Part shown: positions 35,431 to 45,100 of the stretch, piece after piece
How the letters are laid out: each line of letters starts with the position of its first letter
Numbering within the stretch: position 1 is the first letter of the stretch
Origin: a virus
DNA: 64,000 nt
Strand: one strand, 5' to 3'
Virus record (IMG/VR): IMGVR_UViG_3300022552_000002
Span: 32,001-96,000 of that record
Program-made: the position numbers and the translations under genes
Notes under the pieces: model-generated
Told to the model about the DNA's origin: nothing
Databases searched by the model: none
The model's input: the letters and a program-made list of their open reading frames with translations, nothing else

Positions 35431-35956
35431 AGTGGCTATCGGATCACAAATTAGGCCGAACGAACATTATGTTGAAACCGATAATCCATTTGATGGTGCT
35501 ATCGAAAATATTTGTGAAGTTTTGAGAAGAGAATTGAAGGAAGATACTGAACAAAAACTAAAATATATTAGGAGAAATACACAAGTCACTAGTGAAGATT
35601 TAGTTCTAGTTCCGAAACCACCTGTTATTTCTGTTTCGTTTAGTGATTGGGAAGAGAATGTAAGCACGATAGGACAAAGATATCCACAAACGGTCGAGTA
35701 CAGTATTTGGATTGAGATTTATTACTACTACCAAGAGATAAAAAATAAAAGAGCAGAAAAAGATGTGAGAAGGGCTCTCTGGGAGATCGGCAGATTGTTG
35801 AGACGCAATTCGGACTTTAACGGGCTTAGTTCGAAAGGTGCTCAGATACATGGTGGCCGACCAATTCTCAGGAGACGCAACGACAAGTTGTATGAGGGCG
35901 GGATAATACGGCTTCTAGTTCCTGTTCTTGACCAAACTAGGAGAGGCGTAACTTAA
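35420..35956 (+). CDS. putative tail terminator protein
   Basis: Immediately upstream of the tail tube; P.ISV...I.IYYY...I..LLRRN..FNG pattern. Confidence 0.55.
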   Translation: MEDKVAIGSQIRPNEHYVETDNPFDGAIENICEVLRRELKEDTEQKLKYIRRNTQVTSEDLVLVPKPPVISVSFSDWEENVSTIGQRYPQTVEYSIWIEIYYYYQEIKNKRAEKDVRRALWEIGRLLRRNSDFNGLSSKGAQIHGGRPILRRRNDKLYEGGIIRLLVPVLDQTRRGVT

Positions 35957-35967
35957 AGGAGTAATCC

Positions 35968-37752
35968 ATGGGTACTCTTGGTCGAATTGCAATTGGAGCC
36001 CGTGGCCAGACTTCCTACGGGGAAGAGGTCGCTTGGGGCGAACCAGTTGCGCCTACTCGAAGAGTGGGTTTTGTTTCTGAATCTTTCAACAACGAGATCG
36101 CAAGTCTCGTTTCAGAGGAAATCGATCCTAGTCGTGGTATCTCGAAGCGTGCTCAAGGTGTGAGTAACATCTCGGGTGATCTAGCTTTCGAGCAGAACAC
36201 GCAGGGATACGAAACTCTGTACAAACATGCTCTTGGTGATCACGTCACCATGAACAAGGTTGATGGTGGTGTTCGAACACAGATTCTTTCTGATTACGTT
36301 TCAGGTACAACGTTGTCAGTTGAGAACAATGCTGTGTTCGAAGGCACACCTGGAGCGGATTGGGGTCTGTCAGTTGTCTACAAAGACAGCAATGGACTCT
36401 TGACCGTTCAGGCAGTGGTATATTCTGCGCTGGATTCTGGTGGTGAAGACATCACCATCGTCGATCCAAGTCAGGTGCTTCATAAGGGCGCGTGGGTTTT
36501 CCAGAGCTATATCGGCAGCGATGACTTCTGGGATGATGTTTACACGCACTACATCGAAGCAGCACGCGATCTTCCCATCGGTCTGACCTGGGAGATCGGT
36601 CGTGACGTGGCGTTCTTCACTTATGGTGGCTGCAAAGTCAACACAGCGGAGAATACCTTCACGGCACAGGAGATTTGCACAGGCACATTCTCCTACATCG
36701 GTAAGGGCGAGTATGTTGGTGGTGAGTTGGTTTCTGATGTCACTGCTGGTGATACAACCTTTACTCTCACTGACTACGTTCTGACAAACAGTGGTAGCAT
36801 TAGTGCTGCTGTTCAGACTGTTGGTGCTGGTCTCAGTGACATCACTGTGAGTGGTGCGTTCACTGGTGATGAAACAACCGCTTACCAAATCAAGATCTCG
36901 TTGGCAGGTGCCACAGACGAGTTTGACTGGTCGAGCGATGGTGGCGTGACCTGGACAACTGGTGTCGTTATGACTGGTGCAGCTCAGCTGCTCGACCAAG
37001 GCGTCTCCATTACATGGGCAGCTATCACAGGCCATGTGCTTGATGACGAGTGGCGCATTCAGACTGGTGACATCATCGGTTTCAACTTCTCCGGTGCCAC
37101 GGTGCAGATGGAGTCCGAGAACGATATCACTTACACAAGCTATAACGCTTACAGTGGTGTCTTCTCTGGTGTTCCAGCTTCCGGTGTTGGTTCTGTCGAG
37201 TATGACCATAGTGCAACTCTTCCGGTTGCTCCGCAGTCTACTTGGGGAACCAGCGTCACAGAGCCGCCAGCTCTCAATCCCATTACTAGCTTCAAGGCTG
37301 GTATCTACATCAATGGGACGTTCCAAGAGGTGCTGTCTGCTAGCTGGACCCTCAACAACAACCTGTTCGCAGACAAGTTCCAGCTTGGTGACAGATACCG
37401 AGCTGGTCTTCCTGAGCAGCAAAGAACGGTTGAGGGCACGTTCAACACCGAGTTCGATGATACGGTCCTCTACAAAGCTTATCTCAAAGGTGCTCGTGCT
37501 TTCCTCGAGATTCGCTGCATTGAAGACCAGAACCGCATCGACAGCCAAGGTGTGCAGACTGCTCCGACAGGACACTGGATTTACTCCCAGAAGCACTGTC
37601 TGTTCCCGAAGGTCTACTACAGTGGCACCACACCGCAGATCGGTGGCCCTGAGCAGATCGTCCACGATTTCCCGTTCCAGGCATTCGTGGATAACGAGAA
37701 CACCATGAATGAAATGGCGCTCATCTTCGTCAACGAAAGAGTGTCCATCTAG
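35968..37752 (+). CDS. major tail tube protein with inserted domains
   Basis: GEEVAWGEP..FVSES, FTYGGCKVN, WTLNNNL..RTVEGTF.TEFDD and LFPKVYY motifs; strong codon bias. Confidence 0.85.
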   Translation: MGTLGRIAIGARGQTSYGEEVAWGEPVAPTRRVGFVSESFNNEIASLVSEEIDPSRGISKRAQGVSNISGDLAFEQNTQGYETLYKHALGDHVTMNKVDGGVRTQILSDYVSGTTLSVENNAVFEGTPGADWGLSVVYKDSNGLLTVQAVVYSALDSGGEDITIVDPSQVLHKGAWVFQSYIGSDDFWDDVYTHYIEAARDLPIGLTWEIGRDVAFFTYGGCKVNTAENTFTAQEICTGTFSYIGKGEYVGGELVSDVTAGDTTFTLTDYVLTNSGSISAAVQTVGAGLSDITVSGAFTGDETTAYQIKISLAGATDEFDWSSDGGVTWTTGVVMTGAAQLLDQGVSITWAAITGHVLDDEWRIQTGDIIGFNFSGATVQMESENDITYTSYNAYSGVFSGVPASGVGSVEYDHSATLPVAPQSTWGTSVTEPPALNPITSFKAGIYINGTFQEVLSASWTLNNNLFADKFQLGDRYRAGLPEQQRTVEGTFNTEFDDTVLYKAYLKGARAFLEIRCIEDQNRIDSQGVQTAPTGHWIYSQKHCLFPKVYYSGTTPQIGGPEQIVHDFPFQAFVDNENTMNEMALIFVNERVSI

Positions 37753-37764
37753 CCTAGAGTCTTT

Positions 37765-37845
37765 CCGCTGAATTTCCCCCGAGGAGCAGCGGTCGTCATG
37801 GAGGTGGGTGAAGTAGTAGCGAGAGCGAACCTTCACTCACCTCCA
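37765..37845 (+). other. tandem RNA hairpins after the tail tube gene; the second carries a bulged-G (loop E/sarcin-ricin) motif
   Basis: CCGCTG/CAGCGG stem; TGGAGGTGGGTGAAG/CTTCACTCACCTCCA stem enclosing U-AGUA-GC-GAGA-GC-GAA-C. Confidence 0.65.
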
Positions 37846-38100
37846 CTCCCCATCCTTATGATTACAAAGATTTCATATTGGTTAGCTATTGCGTTTTATT
37901 CTCCAAGTATACTTATAGCCAAACTCTATAATTACATTGCATATAAACTTCTTAAATCATCATATGAATCTTATGGAATGCCTGCTGGTTATCGTTCGAA
38001 GCTAGCCTTGAAGCTAAGGACAAGAGCGTATAAGATAGTGGACGAAGTTGCGGTAGATGCAATTGCATATGCTGCACAGATAAAAGAAAAGGAGACAATA

Positions 38101-38490
38101 ATGAAAGCGATTCGTGCAGACCACCCCTACGACCTCGTTCCCAAAGAAGACAAAAAGAAGCCAAAGAAAGAGCAGACCATCTTCAAGGTCAAGTTCATCG
38201 ATCCCTACATGGCAGCCAAGCTGGGCGACCAGATGTTCGATGTGAAGGGTGCTGGCTCCAGTCGTAAGGAGAGGCTGCTCACAGGTACACAGGCTCTCGA
38301 GATCTTGAAGGATTGTTTGGTGGGTTGGGAAAATCTTGAGCATCCTGATTCTACCGAAGAGAACAAGAAACTCGTCGAATTCGATAAGAAGGATATCGAC
38401 GGGATGATTGAGATGGTTCATCCGAAGACCCGCTCCGAGATTGTTGACTTTGCCCGTGGTGAGTCTGAACTCGATGAGGGGGAAGAGTAA
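38101..38490 (+). CDS. tail assembly chaperone (G-like)
   Basis: AGGAG SD; LVGWENL motif; between tail tube and tape measure. Confidence 0.8.
   Translation: MKAIRADHPYDLVPKEDKKKPKKEQTIFKVKFIDPYMAAKLGDQMFDVKGAGSSRKERLLTGTQALEILKDCLVGWENLEHPDSTEENKKLVEFDKKDIDGMIEMVHPKTRSEIVDFARGESELDEGEE
38478..38484 (+). other. programmed -1 frameshift slippery site GGGGGAA
   Basis: Located two codons before the chaperone stop; the -1 frame is open from here (KLRDIVRF..WTCDFC) through the 38580 ORF to 39098. Confidence 0.75.
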
Positions 38491-39098
38491 AGCTAAGAGA
38501 TATTGTACGCTTCCGGTATTTCTTAGCGACCGGTGACAGTCCAAAGCAGCGTCAGAAAGAGTGGACTTGCGACTTCTGTATGTCGCAAGAAGGCAAAAGT
38601 TTGCCTTTGGATAGAAATTGTCCTTTTGCTAATAAAAAAGAAAGGAATCTTCTTCAAAAGAAACATGAAGAATCATCTCTTAGAAAATATGACTTTAGTC
38701 GCAAAAGAAAAGCACCAAAGAAAAAACAGAATGTTGTTGAAGAGGAAATAAAACAAAAAGAAGCAGAAGGAACACCAGCACTTGTGGTTGGTGAACATGA
38801 GATATATTCCTGTCCTGTTGCTATAATGTCAGACAACAGAGGATTGACAGGATTGATAGACCTGATAAACTGGTCTTCAGATATGCACACTCCATTGTTT
38901 GATGGAGGCTTAATTAATCACACTAACTATTACTTTGAATGCTATCGGACTGTTATCGGAGAGCAGAGAGCAATTGAAGCTGAAGAGACAAAGAGACATC
39001 GCAAGGAAGCTGAAGCTGGTAGGAAGAAGGGTGGCAAAGGAAAAGGCAAGCTAGGTAAACCTCGAGCCGGTAAAGCTTCCAGAGCGCGAAGAAGATAA
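38481..39098 (+). CDS. tail assembly chaperone C-terminal (T-like) part, expressed by -1 frameshift
   Basis: Open -1 frame; CDFC..NCP..SCPV and PLFDGGL..H motifs. Confidence 0.7.
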   Translation, partial: GRVKLRDIVRFRYFLATGDSPKQRQKEWTCDFCMSQEGKSLPLDRNCPFANKKERNLLQKKHEESSLRKYDFSRKRKAPKKKQNVVEEEIKQKEAEGTPALVVGEHEIYSCPVAIMSDNRGLTGLIDLINWSSDMHTPLFDGGLINHTNYYFECYRTVIGEQRAIEAEETKRHRKEAEAGRKKGGKGKGKLGKPRAGKASRARRR

Positions 39099-39140
39099 GT
39101 ATAAGTATCTCGAAGTTATTAGGTATAAAAGGTTAATAAA

Positions 39141-42100
39141 ATGACAGGCGGTGGCCGAAGTATCACCTTCGGCGTTAATATATCTGTCAAAGAATTAGGT
39201 CTGATCAAGAAGCTTGCTACAGAGCTTCGTGAGTTCTCTACTGGTGCGATTGAAGCAGCAAAAGGTTTAGCTGCCATCAATAAAGTTGGTGGTCAGATTA
39301 ATCCAGCGAATATCGATAAAGCAGCACAAGCTTTCGATAAACTAAATCAAGCTTTTCAAAGAATAAAAACAACAAGTTCTACCGCAGGTCTTGGTTCTGT
39401 AGCTAAAGAAGTTAGTCAAGCTACTGGACAAATGGATGGTTTCACTCGAAAAACATCTACATTGCGTAGTCAATTGGCTGAAGTAAATAAAGAAGCTTCA
39501 AAGATATCTACATCAATAAAATCAGACGAAGCATTAAGGGCAACTAAAACACAAATTGATAATACAAGATCTGCAACAAATAAATTACTTAGTAATTTTC
39601 AAAAGATATTATCTACAAGACAAAAACTTTCTCAATCAGAACGAGATGGCGTAACAGTAACTCAGTCAGTAGTAACTCAAGCCAATAGAGCTGTGGAGAG
39701 CTTTAGACAACTCCACAGAACCACACAATTCAATATTCAGGCATTCAGTGCTGCTTCTAAAAATGTAGAGAAGTTAGGTGTTGATGCAGATACAGTAAAG
39801 AATAGATATAAAAAAGTATCTGATGTTGTTAAACAATTAGTAGGAGAAATTCAAAAATTAGCAGCAACATCTCAACAAAGAATTAATCTAGAAAAACAAG
39901 CGAATGCTGTAATTAAAAGTTCTGGTCGTATTGCTGCATCGAAACAACTTCAACAAGCACAACAGAATCTCAACAAAGAAAAAATCAAAGGCATTGAGCT
40001 GACTTCTCAGTTAGCTCAGATCGAAAGAGAAAGAGCGCGTGCTGCTCAACAACGTAGAGAGATAGTTGCTACACCACGAGGTGCATTTGGTGCTGGTGCA
40101 GCTGGTGCCGATGCTCAATCTAAATCAATAGAAGCGGCAACAAAAGCTCTTGATGCATACGATAATAGACTTAAAGCATCTAAAGCTCTTATAGAACAAC
40201 ACAATCAAGTTCAACGTACAGCTGCACAAGTTACATTGAGAACTGCTGCCGTTAGAAATGCAGCAGCAATGGAAGTTCGTGCTGCTCAAAACATGATCGC
40301 ACAAGGTTTTAGTCAAGTTTCACAGAAGGAATTACAAAGAGCACAACAATCGAGACTTTTTGCACAACAAGAACTTGAAAATGCTAAGAAAGTTTTAGCA
40401 GCCAGACAACAAACTTTCCAACAATCGGCTGCTGCCTCTAAAGTATATGATAAGACTCAAAAAGACCAAATAAGAACAAGTCAAGCTCTTATAAATCAAC
40501 AACAAAGACAGAGTGGTTTTCTTAATAAAATAAATGAAGGTTTTACTAGAGTTATTAGAACACAATTACTTTACTTTGCTTCTACAATATTGATATTCGG
40601 AGCTATCGCAAAACTCAATGCATCATTCGAATCTCTTGTTGAACTTTCTGGACGTACAGCTAGAGCATTTGCTGTTTCTCGTTCTTCTGTACTTCTCTTT
40701 GAAGAACGTTTTGTTGCTCTACAAGAAGCAGTAGAAACAACCGCTGCTGTAACTGGTGAATCTATCAACGATGTAAGTGAAGCTATTTTCCAATTTGGTA
40801 GTGCTGGTCTTCAAGCAGAAGAATCTATTGCAGCTCTTGAATCTACAATGAATCTGATTCAGGCAACTGGTGCAGATGTAACAACTACTACAAAAACAAT
40901 TGCAGCAACATATCGTTTGATGCGTGGTCAACTTGAAGATGTTGGCGATCAAACAGCAAAGTTCGCACGTATCAATGATATTATTGCTGCCACATATAGA
41001 GACAACCAAGTTGAAATTAACGACTTCACTCAAGCAATGAAGTTTGCTCTTCCTGTATCACGCCAGTTGAATCTTAATCTTGAACAGACTTCTGGAATCA
41101 TCGCTCTCTTACATAACAACTTCATTCGTGGTGGTGAATCTGGTAGAGCACTACGTGTCATCTTCTCGCGTATGTCGAGAGAGATGGATCAATTCTCTGA
41201 AGCATTTGGTATTGCAATCGATCCAGATAAACCATTAGATTTCTTAGATGTAATGGAACAGATTAGCAATCGAATGAACACTGGTGCAATCACAGCTAAT
41301 CAAGTTGCTACTGTTTTCGAGAGATTAGGTCTTCGTGGTGCAAATGCTTTCATTATTATGGCTCAACAATTTGAAGAATTAAATGGTGTTATCGGTAAAT
41401 TAGAAGACACTTCTGCTGGTGCAGCGAAATCAATGGCACTTATCAAACGTGAAAGCGATCCAGGACAGCTTAAAGTATTTACAGAGAATATGCTGATACT
41501 TGGTCGTACAGCAATTGAACCTATTGGATTTATTATTTTGAAAGTTGTTCGAGCAATTAATACATTTGCAGAAGCAATTAGAGACACAGGAGTAGAAAAA
41601 GTTCTTGGTATTTTATTGAGACTAGTTTCTGTTCTTATCACAATAAAAGTTGCTGCTGCTCTTGCTTCACTTATTTTTGGTCAACTTGGTATCAGCACTG
41701 GATTCATGGCTACTTCATCAATAGCCGCAGCATTAGCACAAGGTAAATTAATATTTGCAATGGAGTCTTCTTTAATAGTTGCTAAGAAAAATATCGCAAC
41801 TATGCTTTCGCTTTCTGGTGCTTTGAATGTTTTGAAATTAGCAGCAATCAAAACTGGTGCAGTTCTTATTGCTGCTTTTCCATATGTAGCAATTGTAGCG
41901 TTAATTGGTGTTTTAGTTTATTGGATTTATCGACAAATTACAGCACAAGAAAGATTGATTGAGATAAATAATGAGAGACTCGAACAAATCAGAGAAGAAA
42001 AGAAGGAAAGAAATGAACAACTTGCTTCTTATGACAATACAATAGCAAAACTTGAAGATCTTAATCGAGCTTATGAAGAGAATCGCACCACTATATTAGA

Positions 42101-45100
42101 AACGCGCAAAGCAATATCTGAAGCTGTTAAATCTCATGGAGAACTTGGTATTGCGGCAGCTGTTGCTGGTGATGATCTTGGTTTATTTATCAATAAAACT
42201 AAAGAACAAAGAGCACAAATTCAAAGTTTATTAGATGAATTAAAGAAAGAAGATAAAGAAATATTCAAACAAAATATAGAAATATTCACACAAAATATCG
42301 ACAATGCTGCTGCCGCATATGCTAATCTTCAAGATCAATTAGATAGAGGCGTTATACAAAAAGCTAGTCCTCGTGGATTGATTCAAGAGTTTAAAATAAC
42401 TGAAGGTGAAATCGAAAATCAAAGAGAAAAATTAGCTCAATATCAAAAGAACGCGAGAGATGCTGCGCTTGAAATGATAAAACTTGCTAATAGTAATGGC
42501 GAATTAGCAAGATCGTTTGGTGTAGTAATTAACGAAGCATTTTCTGTTGCAGCATCTATGAATGCTTCAGCAGAAAATGCAAAAAGTTTTGGAAATGTAT
42601 TAGAATATTTAGAAAGAACAGCTATAAATCTTTCAGAACTTCCTCTTAGAGAAAAGATTGATGAACTTAGAAAAACAGTTGAAGGTTTAGAAGGACTAAG
42701 ACTAAAGTTTTTGTTCAAATATGATTTCATTATTCCACAAGAAAGCATTAATGAAGCAAAAAAGAAAACACAAGATGCTATCAATAAAATTAAATTACTA
42801 ACTAAATCTGATAGAGAAATAAAAATTACTTTATTGTATGAAGAAGAAGATTTCTCTATTAATATGGAACATGTAAAAAAGAATGCAGATCAATTAGCAG
42901 AAATTACTAATTCTGCTATGAGAGATGCAACAAAAGGTTTAGATTTAGCACAATATATTACAGTAGATGACCAACAAATTGTTAATTTATTCGAAGCTGT
43001 TGCAGAAAATACAAAACTTATAAAAAGTGGTTTTCAAGAAGGATCTAAAGAAGCTGTAAAATTTGCAAATAATGCTAAGAAAATAGACGATGTTCGGCGT
43101 AGTATTCTTTCTCAAGCACAATTTTACGCTAAAAATCGAAACGAAATTGAAATTATCGAAAGAACTATCAATACGCTCCTTGAAGATAGAGTCGCATTAG
43201 CAGAATATTTAGTGGTATTACAACAAAGACAAATAGCTGTCACTTCTGCATATAATTTGCAATTGAATGCAGAAATAGATCTACTTCAGAAGACAAGAAA
43301 TCTTAGTCTCAACACAACAAAAAATACACAAGATCGAGTTGATGCAACAAGAGAACAAGTTGTTGCTACAGGTATATTATATAGAGGTGCTGTTGCTAAT
43401 GAAAAAATAGCAAGAAATAATTTGAAGACAATTGAAGATACGAAAAAAGGTATTCTAGGTACTATACGTCATTATTTAACATTAAAAGAAGCTTCTAGTG
43501 AAGTAGAAAATGCCACAAAAGAAAGAGGCGAAATATACGAAAATCATAGAAAGTCATTAGAAGGACATACTAAATCGCTTTTGGCTCAAGTCAATTGGAC
43601 ACATCAAATGAAGTCAGAAATTGAAAAATCATTTGATGCTCATAGAAAAATAAATCTTTACGGAGAAGATAGAGTTAGTCAATTAAGAGCAGAACTTGTT
43701 CATCAACGAAATATCATTAAAGAAGAAAAAAGATATTTAAAAGATTTAATAAGTGAAGGAATTATTCTTGAAGATAAAGAAATTTTGAAAGCAAAAGATA
43801 GAGAATTAAGGGCCAAAACTGCTGAGTTACAAAGAAAAGAAACTCAAGAAATTTTCAAACAAAATATTGGATTGTTAAAAAATGCACAAGCTTTAGAATT
43901 AGCTTTAGCATCTGGTTCAGAGATGTTAAAAGTTAGCCAAAATATTGCTTTAATAGATGCTCGACTTGTAAATGAAATGGAATTGTATAATAAATTGGTA
44001 AAAAGAATTAAAAAAGAAGAAAATAGTGTATATAGATTAGATAGACAAAGACTTGTGGTAATGGGTAGAATTAGAGCAGAAGCCGAAAAACGAGTTAAAC
44101 AAGTTATTAAAGCTTTCGAAAAAGAAGTAGATATACGCAATCAATTTATCGAACAAGTCAACACAATAAGAGAAATGAATATAGCATTAGAAGAATCAAA
44201 AGACATTAAGGAACAAATACTCATTAGCACTATGGAAGAGCAAATTGCTTCTAAAGAATTAGAAACCATACAAAATAGAATCAATGTAATTGAAAAAGAA
44301 AGAGAGCTACAAGGATTTAGTGAGATTACAAGAAGATTAGAATTAAATAATCTGTACAACCAACAAGCAGATATAATCAAGAATCGGATTGTTAAAGAAC
44401 AACAAAAATTAAATAGTATTAGAGAAAAAGAAAGAAACTTAATAGATTCTGTTAACAATCTATATGGCAAACAACTTGATAATATCGGACAAGTGAGAGA
44501 CGCATTAGAAGAAGCATTCAAACCATTAGTTGAATTTGATTTCGATCAACGTCCATTTACTGCTGCTATCTTTGCTTCCCAAGCGCTTGGGAAGAATCTC
44601 TTAGAGATAGCTCAATTAAGTCCACAACAAGTTATTGATGAACTCAATACAGGTCTCCGTGAAGGAACTGTTGATTTCAAGATATTCAGCGGTCATGCTC
44701 GAGAACTAGCTGAACATATTGCGCGCATTGGTGCAGAGGAAAGAGAGCTTCGTCAAATACAAGAAGATATAAGAGCACAAGAATTTGCAACAGATTTGCT
44801 TAGAGTTAAACGTGCATTATCTGTAGAAGACATAGAAGCAGCAAAAAAAGCTTTTGATAAACTTGGTGAGAGCGCTCAGGTTTTAGATCCCATTACTGGT
44901 AAAGTAGATTATGATGCTACTCGAAAAAATATGAATATGTTGAAAGATTTAGCAAATGAAATAGCAACAGCATATGAAGAAGCTGGAAATACAACTGAAC
45001 AAAATCTAAAAAATCTTCAAACTAGATTGAATGAAATTCTTGGAGATATTGCTGAAGTAACAACAAAGATAGCAGATGAGTTAAAGAATACGAAGTTTGC

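Noticed and set aside
36370-37836. 488-aa minus-strand ORF
   Set aside because: It is the antisense shadow of the codon-biased tail tube gene, with no motif or SD. The same applies to the antisense ORFs over MCP, HU and the TMP (e.g. 45596-46441).
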